Positions 15,338 through 34,126 of a stretch of 64,000 nt of DNA are shown here, in pieces. A model generated the notes under the pieces. That model saw nothing but the letters and a program-made list of their open reading frames with translations. It ran no database searches and was not told the origin of the DNA. The number at the start of each line of letters is the position of its first letter. Positions within the stretch are counted from its first letter, which is position 1. The position numbers and the translations under genes are program-made. The stretch is taken from the NCBI RefSeq assembly GCF_009914755.1, contig NC_060948.1. One strand, written 5' to 3'. Source of the DNA: the human T2T-CHM13v2.0 reference genome, Homo sapiens.

Positions 15338-15832
15338 AAGAGAAGAAAATGTGCATTGGAAAATGTGAAAGGTGGACTCTTGCAGGAGGTTATTAAAGGC
15401 AAAAACCTGCTGGAATGCTTTGACGGAAGGTCAGAAATGGCCCTTGCTGATGCCAGCTGTGAAATTCCACCATGTCCTGCCAGTGATGCAGTCCATGAGT
15501 ATAATATCACGTGAACTTTGTTACTCAAGTGATGATGCAAATAATGATGATCATGTTTACTGAGCTGGCTAGGTATGAACTGTAATAAAGATGATCTTTG
15601 CCAACTAAAATCCAAGTTTAAAATAACTAGGGAAATGTAACTGAGAAAATACTGAAGTAAATAGTGTGTTAAGCTTTCTCCGGAGTTTTTATTTGTGTGT
15701 GCATGTGTATGTGTGCATTTGTTCCTTCCTTTGTGCCATCCTAATTTAGGCCCTCATTTGATTTAGGCCAGACTTCGAGAAGTTGCTTATTACCTTTTGC
15801 TAGCTTCAGTTCCTTTTTTTGCCCTTGCTCAC

Positions 15833-16211
15833 TGCCATGGTTTTGAATGTCCCCTCCAAATCTAACATTGAAATTCTGTAGCCATTGTAATAGTGTTGGG
15901 AGGTGGGACCTTTAAGAAATGATTAGCTGTGAGGGTGCAACCTATCATGACTGGATCGATGGCATTATCTTGAGAATAAGTTAGTTATTGTGTGAGTGGG
16001 CTTTGGATCAAAGGATGAGTTTGGCCCTGATTTTCTGTTTATCACAAGTCCTTCACTGTATGATGCCCTCCTGCCATGTTGTAAAGGAACCCTCACCAGA
16101 TGCAGCCCCTTGGACTTCCCAGCCTCCAGAAACATGAGCAAAATGAGTTTTTTTTTACAAATTACCCAGTCAATGGTATTCTGTTGTTGCAGCAGCAAAT
16201 GGATTAAAGCA
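15833..16211 (+). mobile_element. MST-family MaLR solo LTR
   Basis: tgccatggttttgaatgtcccctccaaa..gaggtgggacctttaag..aaattacccagtc..gcagcaaatggattaaagca. Confidence 0.75.
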
Positions 16212-16512
16212 CTCTATTATTTTTTCCTCTTTAGAGAACTAAATAAACTTACAAAGGGGCATGTCAAATTTCCTGTCGAATGATCAAAAAGTCCACATAT
16301 GTTGTAAAAATAGTATAATAGCCCACCACTGAAATAAAGTACCATTTTATGAAATCTTAACCTTGTTTTCAGAAATAAGGGAAAAGCAACCATAAAGGTA
16401 AACATGTAATTTTATTGTTTAATAAGAGAATTGCAGGAATTTAAAAATTTTTTATCAATGTAAATTTCAGTCCCTGTTGTCCTGCATAATCTGTTACCCC
16501 TTTGGTGGAAGA

Positions 16513-18485
16513 TATGTTGTAATTAGGGTGATATTTGTCCAGTGAAGACGGTTGATGAGATGGCCTGAAAAGACAGGCAGCCGATGTATCAAATGTCATA
16601 GGCATTTGGAACCACTGGTTGCCTGCTGGTGGCAGGTTAGGATAAGGAGCCTCATTGACTGATACCTCAAAATATCTGGTTGGAAAAGTAGTTGTTCCAC
16701 TGGCAGCCCCAAAAAGCTATTCTGTAAGGGAGGTGTGATGTGGTATTGAGAAGTTGTGGTTGTAACAAAATTCACAATGTGTCCATTTGTTTGCATGTAG
16801 CTGCTATGAGAGTGCATATGAATATTGGTCAACTGATTTAAAATAGCATGTTGATCTGTGGCAATTTGGTCTGATGATCCAACTGAAGTTGAAGATGGAG
16901 GAGGAAAACTGCTTCTGACTGGGTCAGTTGAACTAGCAATTCTCTAGCTGACACAATACTTCCTTGTTAGAGGCATATTTAAATTTGTAGAGGTTGGAAA
17001 TGAACTTTCTTCACTAGTTTCAGCAGCTAAGCCAGAATTATGACTATCCATGTTATACCCTGCTCTAAAGTGCTTCTTGTTGAAATCTTCAGCAAATAAA
17101 GTAGATACAGGAGAAGGATTTTTAATCCCAACTCTTCATTCTTACTGAAAGTTGGGGACAGTCATGTTTGAAATTTGGATTACGAGAACTCTAACTAAAA
17201 CCAAAGGAGAAGTTGATTTAGTGCCATTTTTAACCAAGAGACAAGCGATTATCACAAATCTAACGTGTAAAGTCTCAGATTTCTGTATTATCACACACAG
17301 TTAATGTCATCAGCTAATGCATGCACATTGTTGGCTATTTTTAAGAATGCGCAGCCGGGCGCGGTGGCTCACGCCTGTAATCCCAGCACTTTGGGAGGCC
17401 AAGGCAGGCAGATCATGAGGTCAGGAGATCGAGGCCATCCTGGGTAACACGGTGAAGCCCCATCTCTACTAAAAATACAAAAAAAATTTAGCTGGGCTTG
17501 GTGGCGGGTGCCTCTATTCCCAGCTACTGGGGAGGCTGAGGCAGGAGAATGGCATGAACCCGGGAGGCGGAGCTTGCAGTGAGCCGAGGCCACTACACTC
17601 CAGCCTGGGCTACAGAGCGAGACTCTGTCTCAAAAAAAAAAAAAAAAGAATGCACTTTTTGGGAAAAAAAGCATTCAATTAATAAAGCCGTCAAGTGAAA
17701 ACATGTTATATATTGACAGTAACATTTCACTAGTGGCTTTGGTATCTTTATTTGGAGTTCACTGATAAGATTCAAAGTTGTTGGCAAAATTTTTTAAGAC
17801 ACTGAAAGTTTAATGCTCAAGTTGTCCTCAATGTTTTCAAAAAATTAAATAACCTTAGTATTTCACATAATTTTTGAAATTTGGTCTTACTGCATGTATT
17901 AGCATGTTTACTGATGTATAAAATAAAATCATATATTATACTCTACTTGTGGTAACTGAAATATTTTGAATACTTTGCTTAAAACAGAGACTTGTTTTTC
18001 TTCTGCCAGAAAGTTGGCCAAAGAAGCAGATGTTTGAAAATTCTCTCAAATTTTACTAAATACATGGAGGTTGAGCTGTCAAACTAAGCTTTTCATACTG
18101 TCAGTTTCCAATATTCTGTAAAGAGCCTTTCTTCCAAAATTTCTTTCTTGAAGAGTTCTTCATTAATCACTCTGCAAGTTCCATTCTCATCCCACGAAAT
18201 AGACTTGAATTGGTCACTTTCAGCTATTTTCCAAAGTTTCCTGGGAAAGGTCAGAGAAAGAAAATCATTATCTTTATCTGGCTCAGAGACACAAACTGTG
18301 TAACGTGGCCTTTTTATCAAGGATCCTTGTGACAAAACCGGAAAAGCATTTTCTTCAATCATTGACCTTAAGTCTGAGTCCCCAGGGAACGTGTGTTCAC
18401 AAAATGGAGACCTAGTGGAGGCTTCTGAACCAGTTAATTCATCTTTGGGAGAAACATCTTGAGTTTCTGAAGAAACATGTGCCAT
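16513..18485 (-). pseudogene. HSFY3P: Unprocessed (intron-containing) heat shock transcription factor, Y-linked pseudogene; probably HSFY3P
   Basis: Exon 1 (18485-17974) reads MAHVSSETQDVSPKDELT..FPRKLWKIAESDQFKSISWDENG.. with a 1-nt frameshift near 18131 and TGA stops in the restored frame (SLV*QLNL). GT..AG intron 17973-17195. Exon 2 (17194-16513) is frameshifted but recognisable (NPNFK, EDFNKKHFRAG, IHMHSHSSYMQ, LDKYHPNYN). AATAAA at 16416-16411. Symbol inferred from position next to RPS4Y1. Confidence 0.9.
17353..17647 (+). mobile_element. AluY inside the HSFY pseudogene intron
   Basis: Full AluY; TSD aagaatgc(g/a)c. Confidence 0.92.
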
Positions 18486-19034
18486 CTCAAATAAATATTT
18501 CTTTAGCTACTCTTCCAGCCTGCATGGTTTTCAAGCCTGCAGCTTCAAATGCTGCTTCAGAAGCCCTAGGCAGATAAAGTAACCATCACGATGTTTCCCA
18601 ACCTGAGTAGCAATGATATCACAAGAGGGCTTTGGTCTCCTAGCAACAAATGTAAAAAATTCAGCCAAGTATGAGAAATGAAAATTTCTTCATTTTCATT
18701 TTCATTCCTCATTTCTTTATAGGACAATTCTTCCTAGAAAGGTATCCAGTAAAAAAAATAAAATGTGGACTTACTACTCACATAGTGTGATCTCCAAAAT
18801 CTCATTCCTGCAGAATCTTTTAATAAGGAAATAAATAAATAATGTCCTCAATCCCTGAAATAAAAGTGATTTTCTCTGTTACACATACACTCTTACTATA
18901 TTGGTGCCAGGAGTGTAGGGCCTGGTAATTGGACAATGCAAAAACAACAACAATTAAAAAAAAGATTTTAAAAGCTCTGTCAGTTTGGCATGTTGGATTG
19001 GTAACTGATGCAGTGCAGAACCTATGTGTTAAAA

Positions 19035-19540
<506 letters not shown>

Positions 19541-19734
19541 TTACTGGTTGCTGCAGAGGGGATGGGGAATACAAAGAACTGTTTAGTAGATAAGAGCTTT
19601 CCTGTTGGGTGATAGAAATGTTTAAGAACTAGAGTGAGGTGATGATTGTATAACATCATAAGCATATTAAATTCCATTGAATTGTACACTTTAAAATAAT
19701 TTTATATTATGTGAGATGTACTTTAAAAAATTAA

Positions 19735-20039
19735 GGGCTGGGCACAGTGGCTCACACCTGTAATCCCAGCACTTTGGGAAGCCGAGGTGGGCGGATCACA
19801 AGGTCAGGAGATCGAGACCATCCTGGCTAACACAGTGTAATTTTTAGTCTTTACTAAAAATTACAAAAAAATTAGCCGGGCGTGGTGGCGAGTGCCTGTA
19901 GTCTCAGCTACTCAGGAGGTTGAGGCAGGAGAATGGTGTGAACCCAGGAGGCAGAGGTTGCAGTGAGCCGAGATTGTGCCACTACACTCCAGCCTGGGCA
20001 ACAGAGCGAGACTCCGTCTCAGAAACAAACAAACAAAAA
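19735..20039 (+). mobile_element. AluY/Sc-like element lacking a TSD
   Basis: Full Alu. The left flank (L1M 3'UTR-like, ctttaaaaaattaag) and right flank (HERV-K pro) share no duplication. Confidence 0.85.
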
Positions 20040-20290
20040 CTACTTGAATTTCTCCTTCATCTGAGTCAATAACTCCTGGGACTACATTAATGTCCTGTAG
20101 GTTAAGACGGCTTTTCCCTAAAATTAGTCCCATGTATCCTGCTGGTAAAGGTCCCCAAAAACCAGTGGGAACTTTGATGGGTTTTTCTCCCACAACTAAT
20201 GTGATTCTTTCTCTTGAGGGGTAGATCTAATCCTGCACTTCCTGGTGCTCCTGGGGTGAGGGAATCAATGTGCCTCCAGGAACCCATGCC
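20040..20290 (-). pseudogene. pro: HML-6 pro, dUTPase domain, truncated
   Basis: TPGAPGSAGLDL, KVPTGFWGPLP..GLILGKSRLN..VVPGVIDSD-EGEIQVV (dUTPase motifs 1-3); ends abruptly at the Alu tail. Confidence 0.85.
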
Positions 20291-20324
20291 TGAAATGGGG
20301 TTGAGGTCTGAACTGGGAATGCCC

Positions 20325-21853
20325 TCATTGTTTGAGGGGCCGGGGTCCAGGCCCCCCTCTCATTTCCCAACAGCGGGGTGCCATTCTGATTAAATCTTGA
20401 GTGGCACTGATTAGCCTGGTGATTTCCTTTGTTAACAGTGAGGACAAAGTCCTGGCGTTTTTTTTTCCCACTGGGTGGGACACTGCATTGTAAGGTCCTT
20501 TCTGTCCTGAGAACTGGCAGCATTCCTTTTTAAAATGTCCAATTTTTCCACAATTATAACATTTTCCCATTTTAGGGTTTGACCCTTGGCTCCTTTTAGA
20601 TTTGTCAACTGCTAAATTAGCCATTGCTTGCGCTAACATTGCAGATCAATGAAGCTCAGTTCCTACATCCTGACAAGCTCTGAGAAAATTTCCCAAGTTT
20701 TGTGTACACCTTGCTGGTGCTAGTGCATGTTTACAATCCGTGTTTGCATTCTCAAAAGCTAGAGTTAAGGTTAGCTCTTCTGCACCCTCAGTATGAGGAA
20801 TCTGATGCTTCACTGCCTCTTGTAATCTTGCAAGAAATTGCAAATAGGGCTCCTGTGACCTTTGCATGATATGTAAAAAGGCTTGTACTGGGACTCCTCC
20901 TTTAGGAATTGTGGCCCAGGCATTTTTAGCAGCCTTTGCACACTGCAGATAAACAAAGTGTGGGAGTGCCATTTGTCACTCCAGGTCTGAATAAGGGCCA
21001 TTACCTAACAGCATATCCTCTGTAATGTCTCCGTGTCCAGCAGCATTATTTTGTCTAGCCTGGTCTGCACACATGTCTTGCCAATTTAAATTCCATGTCA
21101 GATATGCGCTAGCAGACAAGTAAGTTTGTGCCAAGTGTTTTACATCAAAGGCTAAAAGATGCATAGCACCGAACGCAGATTCTAGTAATCCTAAAGTGAA
21201 TGGACTCTGTACGCCATTATTTACCACACTTGCTTTTTAATTCCTTCAACAACTTAAACTCTAGTGGAGTGTGTTCATGAATAACCTGCTATGGATTGTT
21301 TGGATCAGGCCTTATGGAAATAGGAAAAGCATAAGCTCCTAAGGACTCCCCAGCTGTGGCAGCAGAGCATAAAATTCTTTATATTGGGGTTTCTATTTCT
21401 GCTATTGAAGGAGGTGGTACAGATGTTTCTGCAATTGGAGAAGGGGGTATAGGCCAATCCTCCCTGTGGTATAGGTATCCTCCCTGTTCTGTTTTTAATT
21501 TTCAGTCAATGTTGTGGGTGGGACAACAGATGCTTTCAGATTTTTAGACTCAGCATGCTGTCCTGCAGAATAATAAGGACATATTGATAGATGAACAGTA
21601 TGAATTAAACTCCAAGTGGAAAAAACAGAAGAATCAACTTTAAGACCTTTTTGATGGGCCTGTTTTAATTCTTTTCCTGCTCTGTCCCAATTTTCCGTAT
21701 CAAGAGTGCCTGCCTGTGGAAACCATGAATTACGCCTAATAACCTCCTGCAGCATGTTAATGTCTGAGAACTAACTTGAGCACCAGTTTGTTTCAACAAA
21801 ACTTTAAGCAACTGCACATAATATTTTTCTTCAATAGACAAATTCTGCCCCAT
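20325..21853 (-). pseudogene. gag: HML-6 gag, disrupted
   Basis: Colinear ORF pieces: MGQNLSIEEKYYVQLLKVLL (MA), WFPQAGTLD, GVQSPFTLGLL, QEPYLQFLARLQ..LAFENANTDC (CA/MHR), CYNCGKIGHFKKEC (zinc knuckle). Several stops/frameshifts. Confidence 0.88.
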
Positions 21854-22030
21854 GTTACCCTGATTCAGAAAACTTCCCGTTCCCAGTATTTCTTTAAAGC
21901 ACTGCTCCCAGTACCTCTTTAGGGCACTGATGTTATATCTGCTGCTGGCAGATTTATCCTGGGGTCCCCCTTCACCTTGTCAATTTCAGTTCCTCTGCTC
22001 CAGCAGACCTTCTTCATTTACATCCTCGAA

Positions 22031-22049
22031 GTCCTGTGTCCGGACGCCA
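22031..22049 (-). promoter_or_regulatory. Primer-binding site, tRNA-Lys(UUU)-like
   Basis: TGGCGTCCGGACACAGGAC two nt after the LTR, versus TGGCGCCCGAACAGGGAC for Lys3. Confidence 0.7.
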
Positions 22050-22051
22050 CT

Positions 22052-22525
22052 TGTAACCTGCACGGACCTTGTGGGACTGAACAAAGGAGGATGAACGTGG
22101 GAATAAAAGACAAAGACAAAAGAGTGTATTTGGAAGAAGGGTTTGGGGGCGCTTTGCCTCTAGTGGACAAGGGCCCAGAGCTTTTTCAGCCCTCTGAATT
22201 TATTAGGTAAAAGAGATAATGAGAAAGCGGTGGGGGCCAGTGTGGGGGTGGTGGTGGTGGTGATTGTCAGGTAATTGTCAGTCAGCCATTTGGTTTACAG
22301 CTGGCTTGCGAGACTGCATCCTTGAAACAATAGGTGCTAAATTTCCCAGCAGATAACTTCAAGGAGACTGGTGCCAGGGAGTGACTGCCCTCAGCAAACC
22401 TTTTGGCAGCAGGCGCAGTGTGAGTTTGCCCACATCCTGCACTCGTGATAAACAGTTTCCTGTTTGATCATATAGCCTCCAGTGGAATGCTGAGTTGGTC
22501 ACGATTCCTTTGCTGGCTCACTACA
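22052..22525 (-). mobile_element. LTR3-type 5' LTR of HML-6
   Basis: Minus strand TGTAGTGAGCC..GTGACCAACTCAGCATTCCACTGGAGGCTATATGATCAAACAG..; AATAAA near 22200; ends GCAGGTTACA. Confidence 0.85.
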
Positions 22526-23915
22526 GAAACTACTTTAATGATTTTCTGCATAGGAACAATGCTGTATTACACAAGAAAATTAGACATTTCTATTTGAGGG
22601 TTTGGGAGTCAAATTTATCACAATGCTTTAGAACATTGCCAAGAGGTGAGTCTGAAGGAATAGATAGGCTTTGTCCCATCATGGGACTGGAAAACACACT
22701 GCTCAGGAGCTTTCATGAACCGCTGTTTTTTTTGGGTTTCCTGCCGAGGTGAAGAGCATTTCACTTGTGTCTGCTGAGGGACTTGGGTACATTTTCTAAA
22801 GGGGCATTCCTCCTATTGGAAAAGATCTCTTGGCTGCTCAGGAGCCTTATGCTGGGTGATTGGTGAGGAAAATGGGTACACAGAGTACTCAATCTGTGCT
22901 AGGCCAGCAGATGGAGCGGGTGAGGGAAGACTCCTTGTTCGGAGGTTGTCTGAGATCACCTGATTTAGTAACGTCTAGAGCAGGATGGCTGAATTACTCA
23001 AGAAGAGAATTCAGAATGAGAAAGAGAGAGTCTGAGTCACCTAAAACAACTCTGAATGAGCTTCTGCTGTCAGTCACATCCCTTGTAGGGATTAGGGACT
23101 TTCTACTACAAAAGATAGAATAGAGTTTTAGTCCTTTTTAGGCAAGGCAGTCAGCTCTGTTCACACTTTGGCCTTCATGCAACAACAGAAAACAGGGCAG
23201 TTACTATAGTTGCCAGAGGGATACTGGAAGCCAGCTGTTGCAAGACTTAAAACACAAAATAATCTTAGGTTCTTCACCTGCATGGTCATTGGTGGTCAGA
23301 TGCTTCCACACGAACATTTTTCAGTCCCACTGGAATGTAGTTTCAGCCAGAGATGTTCACTTGTCTCTGTGCTTAGGTGCTGTTCACTGAGGATCCTGAG
23401 TTGGGAAAGAGAAAGGCAAGTGCGTTCCCCGTAAGGAGAGTCCCTGTATGGACCCCCAAAATGTCATTGCTTATCAGCTACTGTCTAGGGCTGGTATCAC
23501 ACAGGTAGTAAGAAGAATTTACCAAAACAGTTATAAGAAAGGCAGATTTATTAGGAAAAGTATGGAACTATGTTGCAAGGATGCAACAAGCAGGGCAGCA
23601 AAAAGACCCTACTGCAAGGAAACAAAGGCTTGCTGAGAATTTTTTGGAACAGTGTTTATGTTGTGTACTGCAGAGGGCTTTGTGCAGTATTGATAACACC
23701 ACAACCAAAGTTGCACTGAGCTAACTTGCATTTTTCTATCAGCTGAGGGTCTGGTCATAGCTGCAGAAAGCTGCAGAAAGACTGGATTATTTGTCCAGGA
23801 GGGCTGTGTATCCTGAAACAATGAAGAAAGGTAGACTTATAGCTTATCTGCCTTCTTTTTCTGCCTTTCTTCTGTCCCACCAGCCAGACTCCTCCTTCCT
23901 TATTAGGACTTAGCA
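22526..23915 (-). mobile_element. ERV1 provirus remnant (MER84-like 5'LTR 23462-23915, Pro-like PBS, leader, gag start); host of the HML-6 insertion
   Basis: LTR begins TGCTAAGTCCTAATAAGGAAGGAGGAGTCTGGCTGG. TGGGGGTCCATACAGGGA follows it. ATG at 22679 reads MGQSLSIPSDSPLGNVLKHCDKFDSQTLK*KCLIFLCNTA, a gammaretroviral MA N-terminus. Confidence 0.72.
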
Positions 23916-24099
23916 ATTTCTTCATACTATTCTCAATAATTTATAGTAGTTTCTCACCTCTCCCTAGTATTTCAGGCCCATATAAAAAAGCCTGATTCAA
24001 ACTAACCTTTTTTTTTCCTGTTTTTTCCCAATATAAGCCCCTCATTGAATTTTTCTATGTTTTCATTATTCCAGAATCAAGTCACACTTGGCTCTCTGC

Positions 24100-24276
24100 C
24101 TGTTCTTTCTTCCTTCCCTCTGCTCTCCTCCCCTCCCCTCCTCTCCCATCTCCCTTCCTTCCTCCCTCCCTTCTTCCCTCCGTCCCTCCTTCCTTCTTTC
24201 CTTTCTTCCTCTTTCTTTCTTTTCTTTCTCTCTTCCTTCCCTTCCTTCTTTTTTCTTCCTTTCTTTCTTTTCTTCA
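24100..24276. repeat. Polypyrimidine simple repeat (CCTT/CTTT)n, expanded tail of an antisense AluJ (about 24285-24556)
   Basis: About 175 nt of nearly pure C/T. Confidence 0.88.
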
Positions 24277-24803
24277 TTTTAATAGGGAGGGATGGAATCT
24301 CTGTCACCTAGGCTGTGATACAGCTGTGCCATCATAGTTTGCTGCCAACTTGATTTTCCAGGCTCAAGGAATCTTCCCACCTTGGCCTCCCAAGTAGATG
24401 GGACCACAGGCAGAAACCAGCATGCCAGGCTAAAATTATTTTTTGTACAGACAGGGTCTCATTGTATTACCCAGGCTGGCCTCAGACTCCTGGCAGTCCT
24501 CCCACCTCAACCTCCCAAAATCCTGGGATTATAGGCATGAGCCACTGTGCTTGGCCTCTGTTCTTTTCTTACTATCTACCTCCTTATGAAGCCTTCCATG
24601 AATTCTTTGCCCCAAGATCTGTCATCATTTATCATCAGCTACATTAGTATAAGTATCTAATTTATATTAATATTTAAAAGGTTAAGTTTCATTGCCTTTT
24701 GTGAAAATAATCTGGCTCTGTGGTGGTTTATAGATACTTGATTTTATTATTTCCTCTGTTATGATCTTAGTGTTTCCAGTGTGTTTAAAAATAAGTATAA
24801 AAA

Positions 24804-26026
<1,223 letters not shown>

Positions 26027-26140
26027 ATTTTTTAAAAATAGTAATAATAAGAAAATAAGGATTTTTTGTCTTCTCACTATTACGAGAGAATTCTTTTCAA
26101 ATGAAATTTTAGACTTTGAACAATTTTAAAATGTTGCATA

Positions 26141-26463
<323 letters not shown>

Positions 26464-26519
26464 TTACACAAAGAAGTATCTGAATTATTGCTTTATAGTC
26501 TTAAAAAGTTATATTGTAA

Positions 26520-31730
<5,211 letters not shown>

Positions 31731-33809
31731 TGATTTTTCTTCTTCTCTTATATTTTTACAATTGTAGCTTTTACCCATGTTAAAGTGAGTTTTGTTTTTC
31801 CTAAATGATTGGCCTGGTTATTGGCCAGAACAAACTTGAAGAACATAGCATAGTTTGCTCTGCTATTAAGACTAATATGCTTATGAAAAATATGATCTTC
31901 CAGTTCTTTACTTATTTTCATTTAAAGCTATTCTAATCTTTTCAGCTCCTGACAAGCTTAGGAAAGCATTTTTGCATTTTTAAAGGAGAAAAGAATATAT
32001 AATGAAATTTTTAAAAAATTAGGCTGAGTTGTTTTGTGTATTGTCATGGCTTCTTAAAGGGACTTAGAGTGCTCTTTATTGGCTGGTTTCTAATATCATA
32101 GGAATATCATAATGTTCCTAATGTGTAGAAATATTATGATAGAGGAAGATAAGCATATATATAGTGGCAACATTTTGCTGGCTTTCTTTCTTATATATGC
32201 TGACCAGAACTTATCTGAAGAGATAATACAGACCTTTATGTATACGAGGGCATATAATGAGAACAAATTTAAATTTAGAATTATGCAGGTTAAACCAGTT
32301 ATGTCATGATTGTGTGGCAATGCTGACCAAATGGATTTAAAATTTATGTCTTCATTTACATTCATTTTGCAATTTAATTGGATGGGGTCGGAACAGAAGA
32401 GGAATGACCATCAAGCCAAAAGTAGATGGTGACTGAAGAATCAAAATTAAATGTATTTTGATGAAGTCAGAATTTCTCTTAGCAACTTCGGGTTACATAC
32501 TTAAAGCAAAATTAGTTTTTTTTTTGGTGACAGAAATTCAACTTCTACTACTTAAATAGTAGAATCTAAAATAAATGTCAAACTTGGCATATTGGTGAAT
32601 TTAATCTACATTTTAGCATACTTTGATCATTGCTAAACATTTCCAGATTTGTAGATTCATGCAGTTTTGAAATGAAATTGCTTATTACAACTGGCCCTTG
32701 CCTTACCACAAATACCACTGGACCTAGTTGAAATGAAGTTTTTCTTTTTATTTTTTCATGATTCAGTTTTTAGTATGTCCAGGCTTGAAGGACTGTGGTA
32801 CCAGTAGAAACTGGGAAGACAAAAACTGTCTTTCAGAACTGGCTCCTGTTTTGCCCCATGTATGCTACCTTGCCTTATCTTTAAAATTTATGGTGAAAAT
32901 GAAATTAATAGGATCCAATTAATTTTTTTAATTTTGAGTTGGAGCATGAGCACTAATATACATAAAGAGACTTCCAGAACTCCCTTGACTCTATTCTTAG
33001 ATTGCAAAATTGGAAGGTGAAGACAGTTCTAGTCACCTTCTCCCTGATGCCCTACACTTATTTCTCATTGGTTACTCCTAAAATTCAACAGTCTTTTCTT
33101 ATTGGAAAATATGGTGACAAACACCAAATGCTTCTACATAAGTAATGAGGATCTTTCCAGTTCTTTTATATTTTGTCTTAACTAATTAATTGATAATCTT
33201 AGAAAACAGATTCTAATCCTAGCATTTGTTTCTGCTATGAAATAGCAAGTATTTGTCTTTTTTCTTAAAATAATCATGTGAAGTTATTAATGCTTGAAAA
33301 AATTGGAGCTTGTAGAAGGCAAGATCCTGATATTTTATTTTAAACAAATAATACCCCAAGTTAAGCAAATTATAGTTTTATTTAATGATTCATTTTTATT
33401 AGGCAACAAATAGTGAATGATTGTGAGTCTATTTATAATTGACTTTTTGATTAGCTAGTCAATAACTAGTGTTTAGAAAATTGGTAGTTTGGGATATTAT
33501 AGACTGAATGGCTCAAAAGGATCTTTTGAATTGTTGATTATATTGTGAAAAGAAGCTTGAGGATGGCATTAACATTTAAGCTCTTGGAGGCACAGGGACC
33601 ATAAATTTCTTTTAAGAGCAATTAGGTGTGGTTTTCCCCCTGGATAAATACATTAAGCCAAGCAGTTTTGCATATGATTTTACTGGTCTCACAGAGCCTT
33701 AGGAGTCATCCCATAAATGTCACATTAATTAGGATTCATATAATTTAAGCATTTCACAATGTACATCTATATCAGAACATGACATTTTACAATGCTTGTA
33801 AACTGTATC

Positions 33810-34126
<317 letters not shown>

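Larger units (their letters stand above)
20040..22525 (-). mobile_element. HERV-K(HML-6) / HERVK3 provirus remnant: 5'LTR-PBS-gag-5' pro; 3' part missing
   Basis: LTR3-type LTR, Lys-type PBS, betaretroviral Gag (MA, CA, CCHC NC) and dUTPase fragments, all colinear on the minus strand. Confidence 0.85.

Noticed and set aside
18093-18485. Functional HSFY gene
   Set aside because: Frameshift before the recognition helix, in-frame stops and a disrupted exon 2.
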